Under the pieces are notes generated by a model. The model worked only from the letters and a program-made list of their open reading frames with translations. It did no database searches and had not been told where the DNA came from. This document shows positions 49,501 to 62,297 of a stretch of DNA of 64,000 nt, one piece after another. The stretch comes from Guillardia theta CCMP2712 (Eukaryota > Protista > Cryptophyta), in contig NW_005434637.1 of NCBI RefSeq assembly GCF_000315625.1, positions 48,505 to 112,504 on the forward strand, read 5' to 3'. A program made the position numbers and the translations under genes. Position 1 is the stretch's first letter, and every line of letters begins with the position of its first letter.

Positions 49501-49540
49501 GTGGCCAGGCAGAGTCAGCAGCAACTTTACAGGCACCTGA
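46520..49540 (+). CDS. PX-like, SMP/TULIP-like and two PDZ domain protein; multi-exon
   Basis: PX-like: FIFSVTF..VIKKAREDFESLHQLL..LPHLPGKKFF..SKHLLAFL. SMP-like: GELQASF..IVRFLRDPKVDV..MPIRDAVDAEIRRHVENIL..P. PDZ: SIGLTV..LQILSVAKGSAAAKS and SLGMTV..GGPAEQSELLLIGDEVVMID. Confidence 0.65.
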
Positions 49541-50275
49541 CGGGAAGGAATTTCATCAACGAGCTCTCAGGGATGGTTACAGAAGCTATAGAGAGCTTGT
49601 GAGGCCTTAAACTGGTAGATACCGAGTACCGTAGGCTGAGCTTGAATGCTTAAGGCTGATCACTCATGACAAAGTGAAGTCTGGTCATCCGTCATGTCGG
49701 TCCTCCCAACTTGGCAACCCGGGTGGTCAAACGCTCCGAGGCTCATTCACTGACTCCGGGCTTTTAAAAATCATTGTCGAGCCTCGGAGGAGGCTTGCCC
49801 CTGACGGTCCATGCCAGTGGCATGGCCCATGCCACTGGCATGCCACTGGACTGCGGGCCGCAGTCCCCGAGTCCGGCGAGATCACACTCGGCGCGGCAAC
49901 GACCGGACTGCCTGGCACCGGGCCGGCCTGCCGGACTCCACCGTACTCGATCTCTTCTTTACTCAAAGTTAAGTCAAAACTTGAATCAGTACGAGGGCAA
50001 TCCTGAGGAGAGGCAAGAAGCCTCAAGTTTTCAAAGTTAAGTCAAAACTTGTCGAACACTGTTAGGCCGGGCCGCTGCTGTACGGTCCGGGCCTAAAACA
50101 AATGGCAGCGAAGGAGAGGAAGGCTTTGAGCTGACGAAAGATCCTGGACCGGATGCGTTTGCCACCTGAGACGTTCCATCACTCGCGGGCCCTGAAGCCG
50201 GATCAGTTTATGAAACCAATAGATAACGGTTGGCGATATCCGTTACGTGCTGGCCCTACCCGGAAATAGCTTTCA

Positions 50276-52811
50276 TGGCGGCGGAGGCGTTTGGCCGCGC
50301 GACCATGTCGATAGGACGCGCGTCTCTCTCTGGCATGCAGGGTACAGGGGGGTCAGCGGTTTTGCAGGATGAGCTGGCAATGGTGGGCATCGTGCTTGAG
50401 GTGCGCGAGGTCATGTGCTGCTGCTGAGATGATGGCTGACCGAAATGCTGGGTAGGGATCCAAGATCATGAGGGTCGTGGCAGGGAGTCCAGCGCATCTG
50501 GCCTGCCGAGACGATGTGAGGATCGAGGCAGGGGATGCTGTGATAGCGGTTGATGGGATGCCGGTGAGGGAGCATGCATGCCGGTTTTCCGAGATGCTGA
50601 GAGTGTTTCCCTCCAGGTCGACGATCGTACTGCACCTCGTGCTCTGAGTCAAAACAAATTCCCAGGAACTATGGTGAGTGACAGATAACGTGGAGGAAAG
50701 CTTGCAAGCTCATCAGTCCTCATCCTGTAGGTGGAAGTTACCATCGAGAAAAGATCAAGAATCAACAGCGGGAGTACATACGATTTTCTCGGCATGGAAA
50801 GAAAGCGCAACCAAGAGCGGGTCAAGTTTGATGTGAGGACCTGATAAATGTTGACATCGAGCCATGACTGACTGAGGTGTGTCAGTTGACAAGGCAGAGC
50901 GCTGATAGCCTTGAGTTGCAACGGAAGATGTCTGAGTTAGCAGACCACTGCCTTGGTGAGCGGCAAGATCAGGTCGATTTGCATCGTCAGCTAAAGGAGC
51001 TTTCCGAGCTTCTGGTGGCTCACAATGTAGCAAAGGAAGCGTGGGTCACCAATCACATCTTGAGCAAGGACGAGGCCCTCAAGTTCCCCGACCATTACCT
51101 TGGTGCGAATGCTGAGAAGTCTCGCGAAATGTTGCGCACGACGGATGAGATCAAACATTTGAAGAAGGAGCTTGAAAGTGTTCGAGCAAGCGAAAGAAAG
51201 ACTAAAGCAGAGCTGATTGAAGCAAAATTGGTCTTGAAACATTCGGAATCGGAGACCATGCAGCTGCTGCAGCAATCGAACGTTGAACTTGAACAGTGCT
51301 ACAAGAAGTTGCAAAAAGAAAGTGAACGGGCAGATTTACATGAGAAACGAGCAGAGCAGGCCCTGCACAAGCTGCGAACAGAGCAGGGCATTAATGAGGA
51401 TCTGCGAGCTGAGATCGCCAAGCAGCTACAAGTCACGACGACGTTGGAACAAAGTGGTTCAGAGAACCTCGAGAAAGCGGCGCGAAAGATAAATCACGTC
51501 GAGGAAGACCTGCTCTCTGCCCATCGAGAGATCAAGATGCTCCAGGAGAGTGAAAGTATCCTGATGAAACGAGTCAATGCTCTCCAAAACCTGAGACTGA
51601 ACGATGTTGCTGCCGAAGAGACTGCGCGACAGGTATCGCATTCCTTGCACCGCTGCTTGTGGATTGATCATTTGATCAGCTCAAGGCATGGTCCGATGAA
51701 ATCTTATTCTTAAGAAGGACCAAAGACCAGATCGAAGAAGAGAGACGGTCAGGTACCTTGTCTTCGTTTTCTTGCTCATGACAATCGGTACAAGAATTTT
51801 GAGGGAGCAGCTCTACGACAAGAAGGAGGAGATCATGGAGCTCAAGAAGCAAGAATGCAACAAGGTGCTGTGAATTTTGACTTTCCGCTTATGCTCACAC
51901 TGCTCTGCGTTGCTCTTGCTCTCTCAAGACCAACTTCGAAACACTGCAAAGGAAGATCAAAGAAAAAGAAAGCATCATTGCTACCCAAGCAGCTGAAAAA
52001 GTGCAGTGCGAGTTAACAAAGATGAAACGCTAACAATGATTTTGTAGAATGCTCTTGAGAACGAATTGATGATGTGCAAACAGAATCAGACAGCCACGAG
52101 TGACATTCATCAGGGAGGGCACCGATCTTGGCACCATCTCCTGTTCTACAATGAAACTTCCGAAGATTTATCAAGTTTGATCGTTTCGGTGAAATCACGC
52201 TCTTTTTGACCTGAGACTATGGCCACTTCTTATTACCTTTCTGCAGATGTCATTTTGTCTTTTACTTGCATTTGTTGTCAACGCTACTCCATGGGAGAGT
52301 CTCAAAATTCTCCAAGAACTCCTTGGTGAGAAACACCAAGGAATCGAGTTCTATACGAGTTGGATAACATGTATGCAGTTGCCATATCTAGCATTCTCTT
52401 CATTCTTTTCGCCACTCTCTCGCTCTTCAAATTCATTCTTCTGCTTGTAAGATTCTTCAAAGGCTCGTCAAGTGCCCGCAAGGAGTGAGTCGCAGCCTCG
52501 CAATGGCGACTGGGAACTGAATTGCCGGCAGGCGACTACCTGAAGTGACTCCGCTCCTGTCAAACGATCAGGGTGCTCATGTCCAGTATCAGACGATAGA
52601 GCCGCAGAGGGAGTGCGGCATGGAGGAAGGAAGAGCGACAGCATGCCGTAGCGGTGCAATAGAGAGCACGAGGGGCACATCCCTTGGCTACTCCGACACT
52701 CAGCGCTACTCGGGTGAGTCCTGGAGACGAGAGTCGACGAGGTCACGAGAGGACCGATTGGCGGCATTGGAAGGAACACTGAAGGGGCGCCGGGAGTTGT
52801 TGCTGGCTTGA
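50276..52811 (+). CDS. PDZ plus long coiled-coil protein; multi-exon
   Basis: MVGIVLE / KIMRVVAGSPAHLA..IEAGDAVIAVDG PDZ motif; heptad-rich 278-aa exon 50877-51713. Confidence 0.65.
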
Positions 52812-52875
52812 TATGTGTTGAGGGATGGATGAACGTTTATTCTTTCTCACCTGCACCTGCCGCCATTCAATAGCC

Positions 52876-52950
52876 TCAATAGCCTTCGCGTCAATAGCCT
52901 TCGCGTCAATAGCCTTCGCGTCAATAGCCTTCGCGTCAATAGCCTTCGCG
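52876..52950. repeat. 15-bp tandem repeat TCAATAGCCTTCGCG x5, abutting a stop codon
   Basis: Five perfect copies plus a partial copy at 52867, immediately 3' of the minus-strand gene ending at 52951. Confidence 0.95.
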
Positions 52951-53728
52951 TCACCCGCAGATGCGAGGCCATTCCTCTTGCCCGATGCCCGGACGAAACT
53001 CATCGCGGAAGTCATGCCATATCACAAAGTCGGTCAGCCAGCGCCCGTCCGGAGCTCGCTTCAGCTCCCAGCCAAGCTTGGCAAGCATCCCTGACCAGGC
53101 TTGTCCCGCAGCCGTGCAGGAGTCGAGCTGTACCTCGAGGAAGACGCGGTCTTCATCGATGAAGTAGGCGTCTGAGGGAAAGCTGTGCTCATAGTCGCAC
53201 ATGAGCAGGTGAAACTGAGATGATGGGTTCCGAAACACCCCGGAGAGCGCCGACGCAGACGCCGTTCCCACCATCCACCGCAGCTGCAGCTTGAAGCGAT
53301 CGGTCGACATCTTGAGCAGCATGGAGGCGCCGGTATCCGCCAGCGGATGATCATTATGCCTGAGCGCATCGAGGATGTGCGTGATAGATTCCTGGGGAGA
53401 GAGCGCGCTCGGAGGCATCGCTACATGGTGAGCTTCAACTTGCCTGATCCGATTCCTTAGCTCGTCATTCCACCCGCTGTCCCCTGTCCTATGGATCATT
53501 TCAGATCGTGACATAACTCGAAGATGCCGTCTGCAGCGATGATGTTGCTCGTTCTCTCCTAACCAAGTTGTCTTCTTCCTGAACTGCGCAAGTGAAACGC
53601 TGTATCCTGAACTGAAAAGATCAGGCATGTGAAAACAAAGCGAATATCAGTGCTTACCATTCGACTTTGAGTTCATAATCGTCAGGACTATCATTGCAAT
53701 CCATCTCCACGCCCTTGATATACTCCAT
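52951..53728 (-). CDS. Hypothetical protein resembling algal/cyanobacterial LSP..DAL..ND.P..D.G family proteins
   Basis: 225-aa ORF with PPSALSPQESITHILDALRHNDHPLADTG and WELKRAPDGRWLTD; probable short upstream exon ending at a GTAAG donor near 53657. Confidence 0.55.
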
Positions 53729-54379
53729 ACGTGACTTTTTGGTCTCGTCTTTGTCTCTGACCCATTCGCCTCTACCATGTTGCTCTTGCACCGTCGTGTG
53801 CAGATTCCGTCCAGCCCTGTTCGAAACTCTGGAATTTGCCTTTCCTCTCTCTCTTCTCCTCTCTTCTTCTCTCTTCTTCTCTCTCCTTCACTTCATTGCA
53901 TCACTCCGCCTCGTTTCGCCTGCGCCCCATGTTGCGGAATCACCCCGAAGGGGTACCCCCTACCCTTACTTCTGTGGTGAAATTACCCCACCCCCATCCA
54001 TCACTAACTAGGGGTTTTAATTTACCGCTCAATCGAAGCACCGGTGGTATCGTATTTCACTTTTTGTTTTATCACCCGTACCTGAGAAACAAATTTCTCA
54101 GTTCGCAAGGAGGTTCTTCCTGTACCCCCTGACTTATCACCCCTCTTAATTACTACCCTACCCCCTCAAATTCGAGTGTCCCCAACATCGGGGTCCTACC
54201 CCTTTAGACTTATGGGATCGCAATAACAAGTTCGTTATGGCAACAAAGTTGGCCAGGAGGCGAGAAGGAGGAGCGAGCGAGAGGAGAAAGAAGGCGAAGA
54301 GATGTATTGGTATGAAGAAGATCAGAGACGTGTAGAAAGGAAGAGCTCTAGGAGGAGAGGTTGCTCTTGCTCTAGTCTT

Positions 54380-57300
54380 ATTTAATGTCTGATGTTGGAG
54401 CAAACCCATCTTACCTGGTCCCTGGTTCTCGCACAAGGTTGCATCAACTGACCATTCTTCGTTCCAGGGAACCATGATTGGAGTACCAGTCTGCTATTGA
54501 AGGAGCATGGTCGATCCAACAGTCTGAAATATTCATGTGAAGCTGACATTCTTTCGGGACCATTCCATCGCATTACAAACGATGAATTTGAATCACAAGT
54601 CTTGATGACTTAACACTTCTCTCAACATTCTCCTGGTTCTGTCTTGTGGATAATGAAAAAAATCGTCATACTTCTATTCGTTGGTTCAATAAGCGCTAAC
54701 CCAATCAGCGATGGGTTTGTGGACATGGTGGGAAAAAAGCAGCATTTCTCACGACTACTCGTTGACTTGTGCCTGGTTGCAGTTCACAGACCCGATTTTG
54801 GGTGAGATTACATCTCATTGCGGTTTCAATCAATCGACAGGACCACAACCATTCCTGCATGCTCTGATTGGTGATCTCGTATTGTTGTTTAAGTCGGGCT
54901 TTGACAATGCCTATGCAAGATGGCCAAATTTTTCCATATGTGAACTCATGTTATGTACTGAAGCCCAATGGTTTGTGTTTGACTTGTTCGATCTCATTGA
55001 GATGTTGAATTTTCCTTCTCCGATGGGCAGGGATGCCCGACTGTGATGTAATCGAGGTGAGCAGTGAGTGCTGTCATGGCTGGCTTGACTTGAGGTGGCA
55101 GGGAGAATGTTCGCCGTCCTCGTCATCCTGTCGTTATGTCTACTTGATCGAGTCTCTCCTCGTCTTCGGCCTTGTGAGTTTCCCCAGTTGCTTACCGCAT
55201 GCACCCCTCCTAACTCCCCTTAAGGTCTGGGTGGTTATCTTGAGCGTGGGGTCGTGCTTCTACTGTCTGTTTGGATCAAGGGTTTGTAAAGGTGTTCTCT
55301 CGTGCTTCTTGCTTGCGCTTAACAAGGCTTGTAACTCGCTGCATGGAAATCGATAGGAATGGAAGATTACTCGTATGAGCTAAGTTCGAACAATGTCGAG
55401 ACGTCCGCTGGTGGCCGCCGTTTGATGTCGCATACCATCCTTGCGCTTTCAACTCTCATCGCTCTCATTTCACTCTTCGGATTGGTTTTTGTTTACGGGG
55501 GATTTTCTGACCTTTTTTCATTTCTCAAGGTGAGAGATTCACTATCAGAGTTTTGATGATCTTGATTGCTGTGATCAAAATGATGCCTCCCGTTGTTTTG
55601 GTTGAAACTGTGTGCTGGGGCAAAATTACATGACGATCTTTGCGCCAACGATATTATGACAACATTCTTGTTCATGGCAGGGAGTTCAGTCGGCTACGAA
55701 CCTTCCTCAAACATTCTCTTCAAGAGCGGAGATGTCAATTTCGACATGCACGATGGAAAGAAGCATCTTCCTATTGAACAAGAACGACTTGCTCGATGAC
55801 GGCAGCGGGCGGATTGGCGAGCATCATCGACTGAAAAATCTGGTGAACATGACGATGGAGGCAGGGAGAGATCTGCAGAAGGTGATGTAAACTCCCTGTG
55901 GATGGTCGTTTGACAAGAGACTAGATGATTGTTGAGCTGCAAGTTCTTGTCGAGGGATGTTCCAAAGGAGCACAGGACTGCTTTCCGTAAGATTTTACAA
56001 TGTGCTGGTGTCGACGGCTGACTCGCTATTGCTATTGATTCTTCCTTGCAAAACAATAGCAACATGACAGACTTGTACAAAACCAACCTGTGTACATTCA
56101 CAACACAGAATCCTCTAGGGGAACATGACGTGGGCGTCCCAAGTACGCTGTTAAACGCGCATGAAAACCCGGCATGCCGAGATCTCCTCAACGGGTCGCT
56201 GATCGCATGCCCTTGCTGTCGAGTTTGTAAAGATCTCCTGAGTGCTGTTGACAACCTGATCGTAATTTCTCTCGACACCTCCGAGGTGAAGGTGACGGGA
56301 GTTGCGCAGGACTCAATGCCGGACCAAGAAGATCTTGACTTCCTCAACATCACTTACCCCCCAGAGCAAGTCAGTCTCTACCATCTGTTCCAGCTTGCTT
56401 CGACTGACGTCACGTGCGCAGATTGCAGATGCGGCCAGGACTTACTTTGATCAATACAGGTGAAGTAGAATGTTTTTTCTCTGCTCGCTCGCATCGCTCA
56501 CTGTCATCCTTGCAACTTTGCAGATCAACGATTCAGTCAGTGCACGAGTCTCTCCTTCCTGTCAATCTTTCCGTTGAGAATGCGAGCGCGACTTTGAAAG
56601 CCTATGACACACAAGTAAAACAGCCGTGATTCGAGGCGACAAGACATGCTGATACTGATTCTGTAGGTTATCATGCTCGACATATTGTTTTGGTTTCCAG
56701 CTATCGTTGCTACTTTTTTCATCATCGTCGTCGAGACATGTCGCAAGAACGCTCAAAGCTCAACGTTGGAATGGACAACTATCCAGGGCGACATGATCAG
56801 CGAGCTGGAACAGGAGGAGGAAGACAACAAGTCTCCTGGCCTCCTCCTTCATCGCCTCCTAGCAGGCAGCGAGCGGAAACTTCTTTGGATCGCCTTTGGG
56901 ATGGGACTTGCATCTACCGTTCTCCTTACCGGTGAAGTTGAAACCTCGTCCTGCCTCCCGTCTCCTCTCTCTCCTTCTTGTTCTCCGTCTCCCCCTCTGG
57001 GTTGTGTTCTCTCGCTCATATTTCGTCGCTGAGCAGCCCCGTCTTTCGCCATGCTCTCCATTGCGACACTTCCTCTCAACGACTTGTACGATCGAAGTTT
57101 CTCTTGCTCATTCTCCTCTCCTCTCCTCTCCTTTTCTCTTCTCCTCTGTTTCCTCTCCTCCTTTTTCCTTTCCTTTCTTCTCCTCTGCTTTGCTTTGCTC
57201 TGCTCTCCTCGCTTTGTTTGCATGGTTTTGCTTCAGTCCATTGCCATGGCTCATTTCGCCTCAAGGTGTACCATCATCCCAACCACGGGAGGTAGCGCTT

Positions 57301-59200
57301 CTGCCTTGCTTGCTTTGCTCGATATGGGAGGTTCTTTGCATCAGACGATGAGGTGAGATGATGGAGATGTGAAGGAGGAAGAGGAGAGGGAGGAATGGGG
57401 TTAAGAAACAGATCATGGATGAGTTGTCGATAGAATAATGATGACTTTCAACAGAAGACTTGTCTTGGCACATTCCAAATCCAATTTGAAAGGAGACGAT
57501 AAAAGATCTGCAGCAAGCAAATTTGTCGAAGATTGCCTCATCTTTCCAGATGGCAAAGTGAGTGACGGGCATCAACAGATTTGAGTCTCATCTTTGACAT
57601 TGCTTGCACTCTTTCACATAGAAACAATCTCAATCTCAACATGCTGATGTTGTTTCTTCTAGTTGTGGAGTGTTTGGGGAACTTCTACAGCAGAATTTGA
57701 GTCGAGGATGAACTTGAGGAATTCTTCGGATACCCTGACCCCTCTCGATCTGTACAGGTGTAATACCGTAGTCTCCGTGTATATGTTTTGAAAGATTTTC
57801 TTTCAGGCTTCTTGGCACTGATCGATACAAGATTGCAGAATATCTTCACCACATCATATCACAGCTCAACGTCAAGAACTATTCTTTCGGTGCAGGTAGT
57901 TCAACAAGCCTTTCCTCATCTCAACCCTTCCCTCTCCCTCTCCCTCTCCCTCTCCCTCTCCCTCTTCCTCTTCCTCTTCCTCTTCCTCTTCCTCTTCCTC
58001 TTCCTCTTCTTCTTCCTCTTCTTCTTCCTCTTCCTCTTCCTCTTCCTCTTTCCTCTTGCTTCCACACCTTCAGTCTGCATTTCCATCACACTCTCCTTTC
58101 CGTCGTCACTCTCCATCTCACTATGACCCAGGGCCCTGTCCTTCTGGCAGCTTCCCTGCATGCCCGTCAGACATGTCAATGTACACAAGGTGAGCAATTT
58201 CTTCAAGTTGAGACAAGTCCTGACGTCATAACAGACAGCTCACATTTGTTTACAAGTCTCTCTTTGAAACTTCTTCTCATCTTCTTCTGGTCTCCAATCA
58301 GCTCATTGTACTTCCCTTGCTGTTGTTGCCGGCTATGCTGAAATTTCCTTGAAGAATGTTTCGGAGGAGACGAAGAGCAACATTTCGAGGTGTGATGTTG
58401 GCATTGTTTCTCTTTCACCAGTCTTACTTTGTTTGTCCTCCTCTCACACCTCTACTATCCCTCCTCTCTTGCATTGCACTTCCTTGCCTCGACTTCTCTG
58501 TTTGTCTCATTCTTTTCTTCAGTTTGATGCTCATCGCCGACGAATCGACAATGAGGATGCGGCAGTCCCTTTTAGAAGCAGGTCTTCCCATCCCCCTGCT
58601 CCCTCTTCTATTTTCTCCTCCTCCATCCATCTCCCCCCCTCCCTCCCCCCCTCCCTCCCTTCATTCTGCAAGCCCGCTTTTCATTCATCTCTTTGACCTC
58701 TCCCTCCTGCTCGTGTCTCACTTCGAATCTCAGGCTCTTGTGACATTGTGAATGAATACTACGAGGGCGTCAGGAGGTGAGAAGGAGAGGAGAGGAGAGG
58801 AGAGCAGAGGAGAGGAGAGGAGAGGAGAGGAGAGGAGAGCAGAGCAGAGCAGAGCAGAGGAGAGCAGAGGAGAGCAGAGCAGAGCAGAGCAGAGCAGAGC
58901 AGAGGAGAGGAGAGCAGAGCAGAGCAGAGGAGAGCAGAGCAGAGGAGAGGAGAGGAGAGGAGAGCAGAGCAGAGGAGAGGAGAGAGCATTTGTAACTTTC
59001 CAAGTTCTTTTCGTTTGAGCGCTTCACTTTCAGACCCTTATGTCAAGGAGTTGTCAACGATATCAAGGCAACTTGGGGCTCCTTCCTTCTCTCAACGGTA
59101 CCTCTTGTGCTCGCCAACAGACTTGCGTTGAGCTCTCACCAGGTTCTCTGGGCATTCCTCCTCCTCTCCCTCTGTGTCAAAACTTCCAACCCTCGGTGAG
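54380..59200 (+). CDS. Hypothetical multi-exon membrane protein (structure unresolved; may be more than one gene)
   Basis: Series of short + strand exons with TM segments (TILALSTLIALISLFGLVFVYGG, ILFWFPAIVATFFIIVV, LLWIAFGMGLASTVLL) and a Cys-rich exon 56046-56450. Confidence 0.4.
57925..58052. repeat. (CTCTCC)n/(CTCTTC)n intronic microsatellite
   Basis: Directly visible. Confidence 0.9.
58783..58986. repeat. (GAGAG/CAGAG)n pentamer repeat
   Basis: Directly visible. Confidence 0.95.
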
Positions 59201-59518
59201 CTGCTAACTCCTCTTCCTCCTCTACTTTCTCCCTCTGCCATCCTCTGCTTCCTCCCCTTCCTGGTTCTCTGCTCCCTTCCACTTGCTTTCCTCCCCTTTC
59301 TCTTCCTGCTCTCTGTACCTCTCCTACTGTCCTACCTCTCTACTCTCCTTTTTCCTCCCCCGCCCCCCCCTCCTTCTCCTCTCTGCTTCGATATGTTCAT
59401 GGTTATTTTCCTCATGGACAACGCCTACGGAGGATACGTGCTCGTGGTGGTGGAGGAGGAGGAGGAGGAGACATGAGGAGAAGAGCGGGAGGCAGGACAT
59501 GTGATGTTATAAGTCTAT

Positions 59519-62297
59519 CATGAACGAGAAGAGATCGGACAGAAGCTGGGGTCCTCCAGCTCTCTCGCTCCTCCTAGAAGTACAGGACAAGGCTAGAGGA
59601 CTCACTCCGTCGAGTTGCTTGCCTCGCCCTGCGCGCTCGCGCTCGTCGGGTCATCGTTCATGTCGCTGGAGGGCAGGGCGTGAGTGGGGAGAACAAACGA
59701 GAGAAGTGAACTAAGGAAAGATGGAGGGAGGGGAGAAGTGAACTAACGAACGATGGAGGGAGGGGAGAAGTGAACTAACGAACGATGGAGGGAGGGGAGA
59801 AGTGAACTAAGGAAAGATGGAGGGAGGGGAGAAGTGAACTAAGGAAAGGTGGAGGGAGGGGAGAAGTGAACTAACGAACGATGGAGGGAGGGGAGAAGTG
59901 AACTAACGAACGATGGAGGGAGGGGAGAAGTGAACTAAGGAAAGGTGGAGGGAGGGAGAGAAGGAGATGAGATGATTGCGATGAGGAGGAGGAGGAGGAG
60001 GAGGAGGAGCAAACGAAGGGCTCACTTGCGGATGAACCAAGACTCCTGGGACATCTCGTGATACCTGCACATGGGTAAGAGAGCGTAACCCAGAACGAGA
60101 TAGGGGAGAAGAAGTTGGGGGTGGGGGGTGGGGTGGGGGCGGAGCTCACTTGTAGGCGAAGTAGACGAAGACGAGGAAGAGGAGGATGAAGAGAACGATG
60201 GTTGGGATCCATTCTTTCGCCTTCTCCTTCGTCGTGTAGCCGTTCAGCCATCGCAGCCCCTCCTTCGCTTCCGCATGCCCAGCGTCTGCCGCCTTCTTCC
60301 ACCATTCTCGCGCCTTGTCGAGGTTCTTCTCCACTCCCAACCCCTGCGCGTAAAGATCCCCGAGGTGATTCATGGCGTCTCTCACGTTTCCTTCTTCTGC
60401 AGCTCTCCGCCACCTACGGCATCGTTACCTTTCTCCTCTCCTCTCCTCTCCTCTTGGTCTTCTCTCCTCTCCACTTCAACTTCATCCCTTCCCTATCTTC
60501 CTCCCTCCCTTCTCTTCTCTGTCCTCTTCTCATTTTCTCCTCCTCGCGCACCAGTAAGCCGCTTTCTTGTAGTCTGGCTCAGCCCCCGTGTGAACGTGAT
60601 CGTGTTTTCCACCCTTGAAGTAGCATCTGCAGCTCCTTGAGACGGAAATGGCGCAGATGAGGAGGAGGCGACAGAGATGAGGAGGAAGGAGGAGGAAAAA
60701 GCACAGGGACAAGCATGAAGGAATTACGGTGGAGGAGAAGGAGCAGGAGCATGTGGACGTGGAGGAGGACGAGGAGGAGGAGATGGTGGGAGGGGCCAGC
60801 ACCTGCCAAGCGCGTGCATGGCCCTGTACTTGCACTGTGGCTCATCGTCGGAGGCTCCTCGGATGCAGTAGAGGTACCATTGGATCGCCATCTCGTGATC
60901 GCAAGCACATCCATGTCCCATCTCATGGCACTGACCCGTCGTCAGCGCAGCGTCTGAGTCCCCGAGCTTGCAAGCCCGCACGCTCCACTCGTAGGCAGAG
61001 GGATAGTCCTGCTCCACTCCGATCCCGTTGTAGAAGAATCGAGCGATGTTGGCTGTGAACGCAAAACGTCAGCTACCCATTCTCCTCCTCCTCTTCCTCC
61101 TCCTCCTCCTCATTTATCATACTGCCTTCCTCCTTCCTTCGATCAAGTACCGGCCGAGGTAGCATGGCCGTTGGAGGCGGCGGCGAGGAAGCACTGGGCT
61201 GCAGCTCCGAGGTTTTGAGGGACGCCTTCGCCCTTGAAGAAATGAACTCCGCGAGCATGCAGCTGGTCCACCGACACAAACCCGTTGCTCTCTGCCAGCC
61301 TGTACCACTTGGCCGCCTCCTCCTTGCTGCTCTTGACGCCCATCCCGTTCTCGTAGCACTTGCCCAGCAGGTGCATCGAGTTGCCATCACCCTGATGCGC
61401 AGCTCGCTTGAGGTAGTCGACTGCCTTTTCCGGGTTTCTCGCCATGATCCCCTCGATGCCCTCCATGTACAACTTCCCCAGCACCGCCTGCGCGTCAGGG
61501 TCGTTGAGATCCGCTGCCTTCACCCACAGCTCGTGAGCTCTCTTCCGGTCCTGCGTCACTCCCTCCGAGCCAAAGAAGAGCATCTTCGCCAGGTTCCTCA
61601 TCGCCTTGGGATGGCCTGGCGACACAGCAAACAGCGTCAGCACCTAGCCTCTCCCTCCTCCTCCCACTTGCTTCTTTCACCCCTTGACCTCCTCCTTGCC
61701 CATGCCCTCTCCTTTCTGTCTCGTTCCTCTCCTCCTCCACCTGCTTCTGTCGCCTTTTCAAACCACTCGGCTGCTTGTGGATGATTCTGCGTGACGCCTT
61801 CCCCAGCATAGAACGCCCAGCCAACGCTATAGAGAGCGGCGGGGTGACCCTTCTCCGCCGCCTTCATGAACAACTCGAAGGACTTAGGAGCAAGTGTTAG
61901 AGCTGACATAGACAGGAAGGAGGGTGAGGAAGGGAGACATAGAGGAAGGGACGAACATCGGTACGTTGAAGGGAGGGAAGGAACGAGGAGCAAGGGGGAA
62001 GGATGGATAGATGTCAGAAGCTGAGCAAGAAGAAAGAAGGGCAGATGAAGGGAAGAAGACAGCACGGAGGAGGAGAGCAGATGCAAAAGGCCCTCAGCAT
62101 CCCCCCAAGAAAGTGAGCTTGCGGCGAGTTACCCTGGGAAGGTCCTTCTCGACGCCTTCAGTGCCGTCGTAGTAGATGTCACCGAGATCGTTCTGAGCAT
62201 TCGTATCCCCCGCTTCTGCTGCCTTCAACAGCTTCTCCACCTTCTTGCTGACTTGCCCAGCGATCTTCTCCGGCGACTTTCCACTTTGACCGGCCAT
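59519..62297 (-). CDS. Sel1-like repeat protein with a near-C-terminal TM helix; multi-exon
   Basis: Repeats AQNDLGDIYYDG, ALYSVGWAFYAGEGV, AQAVLGKLYMEG, SMHLLGKCYENGMGV and AMNHLGDLYAQGLGV; TM WIPTIVLFILLFLVFVYFAY. 3' end approximate. Confidence 0.9.
59701..59956. repeat. 32-bp minisatellite x8 in an intron of the Sel1 gene
   Basis: Unit GAGAAGTGAACTAA(C/G)GAA(C/A)G(A/G)TGGAGGGAGGG. Confidence 0.93.

Noticed and set aside
58752-59027. EERRG/AEQSR repeat ORFs and a possible telomere-like GA repeat
   Set aside because: Intronic pentamer microsatellite, internal to the scaffold and not a regular telomeric unit.
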